A DNA stretch of 64,000 nucleotides from Dehalococcoidia bacterium (GCA_965219085.1 OZ244720.1:608001-672000); one strand, 5' to 3'; shown: positions 49,301 to 58,341, counted from the stretch's first letter. Numbers and translations: made by a program. Notes: generated from the letters alone by a model not told the origin.

Positions 49301-52300
49301 AGCGCCTACGACCTGCGCTCTATCGAGAGTGACGCCGCCGACAAGTCGGACGACAACTGGACCGTGGAGGCAGGCATCGGGACCGTGGGCGACCTGCAGT
49401 ACACGGTCTCCGGCCTGGACGCCGGCTCCGCCTACGACGTGCAGGTGCGGGCGGTCAACGCCGCCGGCGCGGGTCCCTGGTCGGCCACGCGAGTCGGGGC
49501 AACCGTTGCCACCGACGACGCCAGCCTCAGCGCCCTGGCGCTGAGCGAGGGCAGGCTGGCGCCGGCGTTCGCCGGCGGGGTGACGTCGTACACGGCATCG
49601 GTCGGGTACACGGTCACGCAGATCACCGTCGCCGCCACCGTGAACGACGCCGGCGCCGCGGTCGCGTTCCTCGACGGCAATGGCAACGCGCTCGCCGACG
49701 CCGACGGCAACGCGACCGGCCAGCAGGTCAACCTGTCGGTGGGCGACAACGCGATCAACGCGCAGGTGACGGCGCGTGACGGCGTCACTACGCAGACCTA
49801 CACCCTCACGGTCACGCGGACGCAGGAGGACACGTCGCTGACGCCACCTGCGAGCGACCCCGTCGTCGCGGTCGCGTCGTCGGCCGTCTACACGATCACG
49901 TTCCAGGGGAAGTGGACCAGCGCCGTCACGCCGGAGGGCCTGCCCGGCAACGCCCACTTCTCGCGCCTCATCGGCGCCGTCCACAACGCCGCCGTGACCT
50001 TTCTCGAGAGCGGCAGGACGGCCAGCGCCGGCGTCGAGTCGATGGCGGAGAACGGGTTGACGTCGGCCCTCTGGAGCGAAATCACCAACGCCGGGCCGAA
50101 CGCGACCGCCGTCCTCGAGGGGACCACGAACTCCATCGACCCAACCCTCTCAAGGACGCTCAGCGGCGTCACGCTCAGCACCGAGCACCCGCGGGTCACG
50201 CTGACGACGATGGTCGCCCCGAGCCCGGACTGGTTCGTCGGCGTCTCGGGGCTGCCCCTGCTCGACGGCATGGGTCGCTGGCTGCGCTCGCACGAGGTGA
50301 ACCTCTACCCGTGGGACGCCGGGACCGAGGACGGGACCGGGTTCTCGCTGTCGAACCCGGCGACCTCGCCGCAGGGCGTGATCACGAGCATCCGCGGGAC
50401 GGGCAAGTTCTCGACCGCGCGGATCGCGACCTTGACATTCACGCTCCAGTCGGTCTCCCCGTCCTTCCCCGCCGGCGAGAGCGGCGCCCGCAGCATCCCC
50501 GAGAACACGGCCGCCGGACAGAACGTCGGCGCGCCGGTCGCGGCCACGGACTCCGACGGCGAGACGCTCAGCTACACGCTGGGCGGGACCGACGCCGCGT
50601 CGTTCGACATCGTCGCCACGTCGGGCCAGCTGCGGACGCAGGCGGCTCTCGACTACGAGACCAAGTCCGGCTACGCGGTGACGGTCACGGTCACGGATCC
50701 CTCCGGCCTCAGCGCCGCGGTCGACGTGACCATCAGCGTCACGAACGTGAACGACCCTCCCCTGGTCACGGGCGATACCGAGGTGAGCTACGCCGAGAAC
50801 GACACGTCGGACGTGACCACCTACGGCGCCACGGACCCCGACGACGACACGATCACCTGGTCGCTCTTGGGGACGGACGGCGGCGACTTCGGCATCAGCG
50901 ACATCGGCGTGCTGCGCTTCGCCACCACGCCCGACTTCGAGACGCCGGTCGACGCCAATCGGGACAACGTCTACGAGGTGACCGTGCGTGCCGACGACGG
51001 CGCCGACCCCGTCACGCTCGGCCTGACCGTGACCGTGACCAACGACGGCCAGCCGCCGGAGTTTCCCTCCGCGACGGACACGCAGGGGGTCGCCGAGAAC
51101 AGCCCCACGTCGACGGTCGTCGCCACGGTCACGGCGACCGACCCCGACGGCGAGGCGCTCACCTACACGCTGGGCGGCGCCGACGCGGCGTCGTTCGACA
51201 TCGCCAATAGCGCCGTCGGGCAGTTGCGCGCCCAGGCGGCGCTCGACTACGAGGCCCAGAGTTCGTACCAGGTCGTCGTCACGGCCACGGACCCCTACGG
51301 CCTGAGCGACAGCATCACGCTGACCATCAGCGTCAGCGACGTGAACGAGGCGCCGGCCTTCCCGGCCGGCGAGAGCGGCGCCCGCAGCATCCCCGAGAAC
51401 ACGGGCGCCGGACAGAACATCGGCGCGCCGGTCGCGGCCGCGGACGACGACAACGACGCGCTGACCTACACCCTGGGCGGCACGGACGCCGCGTCCTTCC
51501 GCATCGGCGCCTCGTCGGGCCAACTGCGCACCGATGCGGCGCTGGATCGCGAGACGAAGAGCGCCTACACGGTCAGCGTCGGGGTCCGCGACAGCCGGGA
51601 CGCCGGCGGCAACCCGGACACGGCCACGGACGACACGATCACGGTCACGATCGCCATCACCGACGTGAACGAGCCGCCGGTCATCGACGGCCCGGCCAGC
51701 GTCAACTTCGCCGAGGGCGGCACGGGAACGGTCGCCACCTACACCGCCACGGACCCGGAGGGCGCCATCATCTGGGAGCCGCTTGCGGGGCCGGACCGCG
51801 ACCACTTCACTTTCAGCGGCGGCGTGCTGGGCTTCGTCGCGCCGCCCGACTTCGAGTCGCCCGTGGACAACGGCGGCAACAACGAGTACTCGGTCAGGGT
51901 GCGCGCCTCCGACGGCGCGAACCCGGCCACGCTCGACGTGACGGTGACCGTCGTCAACGAGGAGGAGCCGGGGACGCTCGGCCTCTCCTCGCAGCAGCCG
52001 CTGGTGGGGACCACGCTCGGGGCGACGCTGACGGATCCCGATCGCGTGCTCAGCGAGTCGTGGTCCTGGCGCCGCTCCCTGAACCGCAGCACCTGGAGCG
52101 AGATCACGGGGGCGACGTCAGCCAGCTACACCCCGCTCGCGGCCGACGACCTCAACCACTACCTGCAGGTCACGGTCGAGTACACCGACGGCCACGGCTC
52201 CGGCAAGCGCCTGACGCAGGCGACGGACGATGTGGTGGAGGAGCCACCGCCGGTGAACAACCCGCCGGCGTTCGCCGACCCGAGCACGTCGCGCTCCGTC

Positions 52301-54778
52301 GCCGAGAACTCGGCCGAAGGGACGCCCGTCGGTGCCCCGGTCACGGCCACCGACGCCGACGGCCATAGGCTGGGGTACACGCTCACCGGCGGCGACACGG
52401 ACATCTTCACCGTCGACAGCGGGAGCGGCCAGATTCGGGTCGCGCGGGGTGCGGCCCTCGACCACGAGGCGGGCATCTCCTACTCCGTCACGGTCACCGC
52501 CAGCGACCCCCTGACCGCCTCCGATAGCATCTCTGTCAGCATCAGTATCGACGACGTGAACGAGCGGCCACAGGCGGTCGACGACGCGCTCACGATCGAC
52601 GAGGACGCGCCGGGAACCCTCATCGAGGTGCTGTCCAACGACAGCGACCCCGAGGGCGACGCCCTGACCGCCACGGTGAGCACGCAGCCTGCCAACGGCG
52701 TCGCCGAGGTCGATGCCGCCAGCAACGAGATCACGTACACGCCCAAGGCCGACTACCACGGCGCGGACAGCTTCAGCTACGCCGTCTCCGACGGGAGCCT
52801 CTCCGCCGAGGCCACCGTCGCGGTGACCATCGACCCGCTCAACGACGACCCCGAGTTCGCGGGGGCCACGGCCGGGCGCTCGGTCTCCGAGAGCGCGCAG
52901 GAAGGGGACGACGTCGGCGCGCCGGTCACCGCCAGCGACGTGGACGGCGACGAGCTCACCTACCGGCTGACCGGCGCCGCTGCCTCGGACTTCGAGATCG
53001 AGGAGCACAGCGCCCAGGTCACCGTGCGCGACGGGGTCGTGCTGGACGCCGCGAACCGGCCCGCCTACGCGGGCACGGTGATCGCAGAGGACGGGAACGG
53101 CGGGACGGCGAGCATCGAGGTCACCATCACCGTGTCCAGCGCCGGCCCCACCGGCCCCGGCCCCGGCGGCGGGGGCGGCGGAGGCGGTGGTGGTGGTGGC
53201 CCGTCGGGGCCCTCGCCGAGCGAGCTGGACTTCGAGTGGAACGTGAAGCGCGACCTCGAAGCGCTGGACGGCGGCCACGACACGCCTACCGGCTCCTGGT
53301 CCGACGGCACGGTCCTCTGGATCGCCGAGAACGGCCCGGGCGCCGGCGACGCCGTCTACGCCTACGACCTCCAGACCGGCGAACGGGTGGAGGAGCGCGA
53401 GTTCGAACTCGACGAGCGCAACCGCGCACCGCGCGGCGTCTGGTCCGGCGGCACGGTCATCTGGGTCTCCGACAGCGGCCAGGACCGCCTCTTCGCCTAC
53501 GACCTCGAGACGGGCGAGCGGCTGCCGGAGCGCGACCTCGAGCTCGACGGGGACAACGGCGCCGCCCGCGGCATCTGGTCGGATGGCGAGAGGATGTGGG
53601 TGCTCGACGGCGGCAAGGACAGCCTCTTCGCCTACGACCTCGGGAGCGGCGCGCTGGTGGCCGAGTACGCCCTCGACGACGCCAACGGCGACCCTCACGG
53701 GATCTGGTCGGACGGGGTGACGATCTGGGTCTCCGACCACGGCGCGAAGCGGCTCTTCGCCTACCGCCTCGAGGATGGGGAGCTCGTACGCATCCGCGAG
53801 GAGGAGTTCACGGAGCTGAGCAAGGCCTCCAACAACAGCCCGCGCGGCATCTGGTCGGACGGCGAGGTGATCTACGTCGCCGACGAGAGCGACGACAAGG
53901 TCTACAGCTACAACATGCCCGACGCGATCGACGCCCGGCTGGCCGCGCTGACCCTGAGCGGCATCGAGATCGGGGAGTTCACGGGGGACCGCACGGAGTA
54001 CGAGGGCGTCGCCGCCGAGGGCGTGACGGAGACGACCGTCGAGGCCGCTACGGTGCAGCGCCGCACGACCGTCCTCATCGAGCCGGCCGACGCCGACGGC
54101 GACGACACGAACGGCCACCAGCTGGCGCTGGAGGGCATCGACGCGATCACCGTCACCGTGACCTCGGCGGACGGCAGCCGCACGCGCGTCTACCGCGTGC
54201 GGCTGGAAGGCGGCGCGGCGCAGGAAGCGCCGTGGACGCACTGCTTGCGCGGCGACGTCGCTGAGGGCTTCAGCCTCGTCGTCTATGAGGGCGGTGGCGT
54301 CGAGGACCTGGTCACCTGTGCGGAGAGCCGTGATGTCGTGGCCCTCTACGCGCTGCACGGCGGCGTCTACGTCTCGTACATCCTCGGAGCGCCGGGATTC
54401 GTGAACCAACCGTTCGTCGAGCTGTTCGCCGATGGCGTCCCCCCGGTCACGCCGCTGGTCGCTGGGAGCAGCGGACCGCCATCAGCGGACCCGAACCAAG
54501 GCGACGGCGCCCTGTTGCCGTGGCCGGAGTGCCTGCGCGGCGAGATCGCCGCGGGCTTCAGCCTCGTCATCTACGAGGGCGGCGTGGAGGAATTGGGGGC
54601 CTGCGCACAGAGCCGGCACGTTACGGCCCTCTACGCCCTACAGGACGGAGAGTGGATCCCCTACATCCTCGGCGCCCCGGAGTTCGTGAACCGCGAGTTC
54701 ACGGAGTTGTTCCCCGACGGCCTGCCTCCCATCACCCCGCTGGTCGCCAAGAGCGAGGGGGCCCCCGCAGCCAACTGA
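46301..54778 (+). CDS. Giant surface protein G4: signal peptide, FN3, PPC-like, kexin-like S8 + P domain, 1 FN3, Spondin_N, cadherins, C-terminal cassette
   Basis: Paralog of G2; VAVVDDG/THGTRVAG/FGRTSAAAP; Spondin MVAPSPDWFVG..PWDAGTEDG; lacks GSDH and ASST. Confidence 0.93.
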   Translation: MRWPALLAACVLLGVMAAPGLARAQMPPPVAAPTVDSVTRGDESLIVHWTAPAGVDAADISAYDLRSIESDAPDKAAGLWTPVLDAWSAGDLRYLLSGLTNDTQYDVQVRAVTMDGEGSWSATVTGTPADHSGATAGATALALDSTATGVIESGDDEDFFKIVLSSAADLWLYTTSNLDSVGVLYDSIGDVLESDDNGLWPDGPQDFEIRAELEAGTYYVSVGGNHSKVTGPYTLHARTATAAGGSLADATAITLGAPAPGRIDAADDRDFFKIVLTSAADLWIVSSSDTDLVGKLLDAHGVVIAQNDDSYLWFSRANFAIWHEVEAGAYYIEVRAFQSRTGPYTLHARTLTPPGGSIAAAADIDLLQTPARLDSAADEHYFALTIDADEYLYMDAVVSHALFRPDDPASLAAEVFDQDGNPVDIYQIPHSAYIEDGRSSISFSIFGKLSAGTNYFKISSPSGKPGPYLFTIYGDIAYTRFINECIALETPVSDPLYGCQWHLRNSGQYPGGAEQDINVEAAWTTTKGAGVNVAVVDDGMHLEHEDLTGNADPSRNRNYSARAGIFNPFETHGTRVAGLIAARDNNIGMRGVAPQATIYGYNLLADSTDANTADAMFRMGEGSTTGDEDTAVSSNSWGPPGNFIPQAAPAVWELAVQKGVTIGNHGKGVFYVFAAGNGAIIDGANLSEHANYYAVTAVCAVNHDDVRSVYSEVGANLWVCAPSSDSHDTGLPWIATTDTGHRYTPSFGRTSAAAPMVSGVAALLRSANPSLTWRDLKLILAASARKNDADNTGWQEGALKYGSTTDDDRYSFNHEYGFGVVDAGAAVALADGWSNVPALREISAESADEDLQIPDAPSLMTPGNSVTSSVTVDPYVGFVEFVGINVTFDHTFFRDLEVLLISPSGATSQLTRAWSFVGRTVNYAIRFGSARHLGENAAGEWTLRITDKWPGGQGKLVGWSLTAYGHGFSPGRPEIGMVAPGLGELTVDWSAPGDIGGSAVSAYDLRSIESDAADKSDDNWTVEAGIGTVGDLQYTVSGLDAGSAYDVQVRAVNAAGAGPWSATRVGATVATDDASLSALALSEGRLAPAFAGGVTSYTASVGYTVTQITVAATVNDAGAAVAFLDGNGNALADADGNATGQQVNLSVGDNAINAQVTARDGVTTQTYTLTVTRTQEDTSLTPPASDPVVAVASSAVYTITFQGKWTSAVTPEGLPGNAHFSRLIGAVHNAAVTFLESGRTASAGVESMAENGLTSALWSEITNAGPNATAVLEGTTNSIDPTLSRTLSGVTLSTEHPRVTLTTMVAPSPDWFVGVSGLPLLDGMGRWLRSHEVNLYPWDAGTEDGTGFSLSNPATSPQGVITSIRGTGKFSTARIATLTFTLQSVSPSFPAGESGARSIPENTAAGQNVGAPVAATDSDGETLSYTLGGTDAASFDIVATSGQLRTQAALDYETKSGYAVTVTVTDPSGLSAAVDVTISVTNVNDPPLVTGDTEVSYAENDTSDVTTYGATDPDDDTITWSLLGTDGGDFGISDIGVLRFATTPDFETPVDANRDNVYEVTVRADDGADPVTLGLTVTVTNDGQPPEFPSATDTQGVAENSPTSTVVATVTATDPDGEALTYTLGGADAASFDIANSAVGQLRAQAALDYEAQSSYQVVVTATDPYGLSDSITLTISVSDVNEAPAFPAGESGARSIPENTGAGQNIGAPVAAADDDNDALTYTLGGTDAASFRIGASSGQLRTDAALDRETKSAYTVSVGVRDSRDAGGNPDTATDDTITVTIAITDVNEPPVIDGPASVNFAEGGTGTVATYTATDPEGAIIWEPLAGPDRDHFTFSGGVLGFVAPPDFESPVDNGGNNEYSVRVRASDGANPATLDVTVTVVNEEEPGTLGLSSQQPLVGTTLGATLTDPDRVLSESWSWRRSLNRSTWSEITGATSASYTPLAADDLNHYLQVTVEYTDGHGSGKRLTQATDDVVEEPPPVNNPPAFADPSTSRSVAENSAEGTPVGAPVTATDADGHRLGYTLTGGDTDIFTVDSGSGQIRVARGAALDHEAGISYSVTVTASDPLTASDSISVSISIDDVNERPQAVDDALTIDEDAPGTLIEVLSNDSDPEGDALTATVSTQPANGVAEVDAASNEITYTPKADYHGADSFSYAVSDGSLSAEATVAVTIDPLNDDPEFAGATAGRSVSESAQEGDDVGAPVTASDVDGDELTYRLTGAAASDFEIEEHSAQVTVRDGVVLDAANRPAYAGTVIAEDGNGGTASIEVTITVSSAGPTGPGPGGGGGGGGGGGGPSGPSPSELDFEWNVKRDLEALDGGHDTPTGSWSDGTVLWIAENGPGAGDAVYAYDLQTGERVEEREFELDERNRAPRGVWSGGTVIWVSDSGQDRLFAYDLETGERLPERDLELDGDNGAARGIWSDGERMWVLDGGKDSLFAYDLGSGALVAEYALDDANGDPHGIWSDGVTIWVSDHGAKRLFAYRLEDGELVRIREEEFTELSKASNNSPRGIWSDGEVIYVADESDDKVYSYNMPDAIDARLAALTLSGIEIGEFTGDRTEYEGVAAEGVTETTVEAATVQRRTTVLIEPADADGDDTNGHQLALEGIDAITVTVTSADGSRTRVYRVRLEGGAAQEAPWTHCLRGDVAEGFSLVVYEGGGVEDLVTCAESRDVVALYALHGGVYVSYILGAPGFVNQPFVELFADGVPPVTPLVAGSSGPPSADPNQGDGALLPWPECLRGEIAAGFSLVIYEGGVEELGACAQSRHVTALYALQDGEWIPYILGAPEFVNREFTELFPDGLPPITPLVAKSEGAPAAN
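53148..54778 (+). repeat. Shared C-terminal cassette, copy in G4
   Basis: Mosaic of G1-type and G2/G3-type segments. Confidence 0.95.
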
Positions 54779-54975
54779 TCTCTCGCCTCCCGCCTGTATG
54801 TGCTTGTCGAGGACGGACTACTCCAGCCGCACGGCGCGGCGGGTGTCCTGGTCGGACCAACGTGCGATCCTCTGCACTCTCCCGCGAATGCCTTGACGCC
54901 CGAGTGCGTCGTCGAGCAAGACGGGTTGGTCAGTCATCTGGGACTCTCTTCCCCCGTCACGCAGCAGGACGATCA

Positions 54976-57456
54976 TCATTCCGCACGGGTGTGGGCGGGT
55001 CCATGGTCGGATGGCGTCCGAGAACCCTCGTGCCGGTTGACGACGCTGGCATGCGGCATGGTGTCGACTCCGGGACTTGCAGGCGGCTCCGTGTGCGGTT
55101 GCTCAGCCTTCGCCATGCGGTAGCCGACGCGAGGCTCGGTCACGACATACGTGGGGCTGTTCGCATCGTCGCCCAGCTTGCGGCGGAGTCTCTTCACGAC
55201 GGCGCGGACGAGCCGCGCGTCGCCGGAATTTGCCGGGCCCCAGACCCGGCGCAGCAGCTGATCGTGTGTCAGTACCCGGCCGGCGTTCACCGAAAGCTCG
55301 AAGAGCACCTGGTACTCGGTGGCGGTCAGCCGCACCGGACGGCCGGCCACGGACACGCTGCGTTCGAGGGGGTTGATAGTGAGATCCCCCAGCACATGGG
55401 GTTCGGACGGCTCGGCCCGGTCGAGCGCGGCTCGCTTGCGCAACGCCGCCTTGATTCTGGCCACCAGCTCCGTCGGCGAGAACGGCTTGACGACGAAATC
55501 GGCGGCTCCCATTTCGAAGGCCCGGGCAATGACCTGGTCGCTGCCGTACCCGGACAGGAAGATGACCGGCACATCGGCGACTGCGAGGATGTCTTGCATC
55601 AACTCCATGCCGTCGGCCCCAGGCAGCATCAGGTCGAGCAGGACCAAGTGGGGATGGCTCCTTTCCATGAGGAGAGCTACGTCCCGATCAGCGGTCACCG
55701 TCGGGCTGTAGCCCGCTTCCGAGAGCGTATCCCGAACGTGCCGCAGCGTCCGCGGGTCGCCGGCCACCGCCAGAATGCGCGGCTGCTCCCTCTCCGCCTG
55801 CCGTGGGGGAGCGGAGAGCGGGGTGGTGGCGGTTGCGGCCTCTTCCACCACTGGAATCGTGAACGTGAAGCGGGTGCCCAGGCCCTCTCCGTCGCTTTCG
55901 GCCCAGATGCGGCCCCCGTGGGCCTCCACGATTCCTTTGCAGATGGCCAGGCCCAATCCCGACCCCGCAATGTCGCGCCCACCGTCCTCGCCGTCGATCC
56001 GGGAGAACTTCCGGAACAGGTGAGGCAGGCGCTCGGCCGGCACGCCTCTGCCCTCGTCGGTGACGGAGACTGCGGCGTGGAAACCTTCCCGCGCGGCGGT
56101 CATCCGGATGGTGGACGACGGGGTCGAGTACCGGGACGCGTTGGCGAGGAGGTTGATCAGGACCTGGACGATACGGCGTCTGTCCGCCATGACCAGGGGC
56201 AGGTCCGGCGGGAGGTCGATGTGGAGGTCGTTGCGGCTCCCGCCGCTCAGGAACGTGTTCCTGGCCTCGTCCACGAGGCCGGCCACCTCCGCGGCTGCGG
56301 GGGTGACCGGCAGCGTACCGGTCTCGATACGCGCCACGTCGAGCAGATCGCTGATCAGGTCGCGCATGTGATCGGCCTGCTCGTCGATGATCCGGAAGAA
56401 CTGGAGCATCTCGGCGTGGTCCAGCTCGGACGAGGCGCCCAGCAAGGTAGCGACGGAGCCTTTGATGGAGGTCAGCGGCGCGCGGAGTTCGTGGCTCACC
56501 ATGCCCAGAAACTCGGCGCGCAGCCGCTCCAGCTCTTCCAGCGGTGTCATGTCCTGGAGGGTGACGACAACGGACTGGACCTCACCGCCTTCCGAGTAGA
56601 TGGGCGTGGCGTTGACCAGAGTGGTCACCGACCGGCCATCGGGGACCTGGATGACGATCTCCTCGGCGCGCACGGTCTCGCCGGTACTCAGGACCTGGCC
56701 CAGGGGGAATTCGTCCAGGGAGATCTCACGGCCGTCCGCGCGCCGGAAGGTCAGCACGTCAAGCAGCTGCGCTACGGAGCCGCCCGGCATCAGCAGATCC
56801 CCGACGATCCTGCCCGCCTCCCGGTTGAGCGACACCACCTCGCCCGTGCGTGCAGCGAAGACCACGACGCCCACTGGCGAGGTGTCGATCAGGGCCTCCA
56901 GGTCGGTCCTGGCCCGCCGTTCGTCGCGGTAGGCGCGGGCATTGGCGATGGCCATGGCCGCCTGGGAGGCGAACATCACCACGACCTCCTCGTCTTCCCC
57001 CGTGAACTCCCGCCCGCTCTCCTTGTCGGCGAGATAGAAGTTGCCGACATGCACGCCCTGATGGCGCATGGGCGTTCCCAGAAAGGTCTCCCCCAGCAGC
57101 GGGAGGTTGCCGGAAAAACCGAGCGACCTGAGGTAGCCGACGAGGTCCCTCAGCCTCAGCGGTTGCGGAATCTTGCTCAGGTGCTCGAAGAGCCTCGGCC
57201 CCTCGGGCATGTCCACGAACTGCTGGCGTTCTTCGGGAGTGAAGCCGGAGGTGATGAAGTCCTGGAGCTGCCCCGAGTCGTCGAGGGTCGTCATCCCGCT
57301 CCAGCGAGCGCCCGTGAGCGAGCGGGCGCCGTCCACGACCTCGCGTAGCACGGTATCGAGGTCGAGGCTCTGGCTGATGTGCAGGCTGGCCTCGCTCAGC
57401 CTGGAGAGGCGGTCTCGCAGCGCCTCGATTGCGTGCTCGCGCTCGTCGGCTTCCAT
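54976..57456 (-). CDS. Fused sensor kinase-response regulator 2 (GAF-PAS-HisKA-HATPase-REC-OmpR wHTH), paralog of 20854-23244
   Basis: MVSHELRAPLTSIKG, NLLANASRYS, GSGLGLAICKGIVEAHGG, LLDLMLP, VKPFSP, LTATEYQVL..VTEPRVGYRM. Confidence 0.95.
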   Translation of the reverse strand: MEADEREHAIEALRDRLSRLSEASLHISQSLDLDTVLREVVDGARSLTGARWSGMTTLDDSGQLQDFITSGFTPEERQQFVDMPEGPRLFEHLSKIPQPLRLRDLVGYLRSLGFSGNLPLLGETFLGTPMRHQGVHVGNFYLADKESGREFTGEDEEVVVMFASQAAMAIANARAYRDERRARTDLEALIDTSPVGVVVFAARTGEVVSLNREAGRIVGDLLMPGGSVAQLLDVLTFRRADGREISLDEFPLGQVLSTGETVRAEEIVIQVPDGRSVTTLVNATPIYSEGGEVQSVVVTLQDMTPLEELERLRAEFLGMVSHELRAPLTSIKGSVATLLGASSELDHAEMLQFFRIIDEQADHMRDLISDLLDVARIETGTLPVTPAAAEVAGLVDEARNTFLSGGSRNDLHIDLPPDLPLVMADRRRIVQVLINLLANASRYSTPSSTIRMTAAREGFHAAVSVTDEGRGVPAERLPHLFRKFSRIDGEDGGRDIAGSGLGLAICKGIVEAHGGRIWAESDGEGLGTRFTFTIPVVEEAATATTPLSAPPRQAEREQPRILAVAGDPRTLRHVRDTLSEAGYSPTVTADRDVALLMERSHPHLVLLDLMLPGADGMELMQDILAVADVPVIFLSGYGSDQVIARAFEMGAADFVVKPFSPTELVARIKAALRKRAALDRAEPSEPHVLGDLTINPLERSVSVAGRPVRLTATEYQVLFELSVNAGRVLTHDQLLRRVWGPANSGDARLVRAVVKRLRRKLGDDANSPTYVVTEPRVGYRMAKAEQPHTEPPASPGVDTMPHASVVNRHEGSRTPSDHGPAHTRAE

Positions 57457-57525
57457 CAGCGCCCCACCCCGGTTGCACGGGCTCGTCCCGGCCCGAATCG
57501 TACCAGTTCCGTTCGAAGCAACAAT

Positions 57526-57574
57526 GTCACACGATGATCACGAATTCGTCGGCTGATTGTCACGCTGGTGTCAC
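57526..57574 (+). promoter_or_regulatory. Direct-repeat element upstream of regulator 2
   Basis: GTCAC 57526, ATCAC 57537, GTCAC 57559, GTCAC 57570 (11/22/11). Confidence 0.55.
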
Positions 57575-57640
57575 ATCGCTCGTCCAACGTACGCGCCATG
57601 AGTTGCAGCGGACGCCAACGACGCGGACCGCACGCACCGG

Positions 57641-57865
57641 CTGGAGAAGGGCGCGGAGATCGTCGTCTACGAGGGTGGCGGCGTCGGGCAGCTGGAGGCC
57701 CGTGCGCGGAGCCCGCACGTCACCGTCCTCTACGTGCTCGACGGCGGCGCGTTCGTCTCCTACATCCTGGGCGCGCCCGACTTCGTGAACCGGTCCTTCC
57801 ACGAGCTGTTCCCCCACGGCCTTCCGCCCGTCACGCCGCTGATCGCCGCAAGCAACGGGCCATAG
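57641..57865 (+). pseudogene. Orphan copy of the G2-type terminal CLRG domain with internal deletion
   Basis: Matches ~37808-38161 with the segment between two TCGTCGTC repeats removed; ends GGGCCATAG as G2 does. Confidence 0.85.
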
Positions 57866-58106
57866 CCCGCCTCGGAACGCGACGCCGCGGACCCCGCTGC
57901 CACTGAGCGATGGCGCTCGCTCCGCCTTTCGCGCACAACGCTCGGGCCCCGCTCCCGCCGACGGGGCGATCCGACGGAGTGCACGGGCTCGCCGCGATCT
58001 CCCTGACGAAGGAGCCGATGCAGGCCCTGGACCCGGTCGACCCGCTGGTTCCCAAGGCAGTCGCTCATTGCCTGAGACAGAGGCGACACCACCTCAATCC
58101 ATGATA

Positions 58107-58182
58107 TTCACGATAAGTTCACATATAAACGTGGAAGATTCACGTTTCGTACACTGACACCAAGCCAACGAGCAGGAAGAAT
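58107..58182 (+). promoter_or_regulatory. Conserved promoter/direct-repeat element upstream of G5
   Basis: TTCAC 58107, 58118, 58139, TACAC 58150; CTGACA 58154-59, N17, AAGAAT 58177-82. Confidence 0.75.
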
Positions 58183-58341
58183 TACCCCACTCACCCGAGG
58201 AGCGCACAACACGCGCGCGAGGGGGCATTGGTGCGTCCAACCGTCGCGAAGTCGAACGGGAACGCGCGGCAGGCAAGCGCAGCGGCGCTGCTGACCGCGT
58301 CCGGCGCTGTCTGCGCGCACGGCGCTCCTAGAACAAATGTA

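Noticed and set aside
8452-54778. Site-specific inversion (shufflon) or integron explanation for cassette sharing
   Set aside because: All cassettes are direct repeats, and no tyrosine/serine recombinase, inverted recombination sites or attC-like structures were seen
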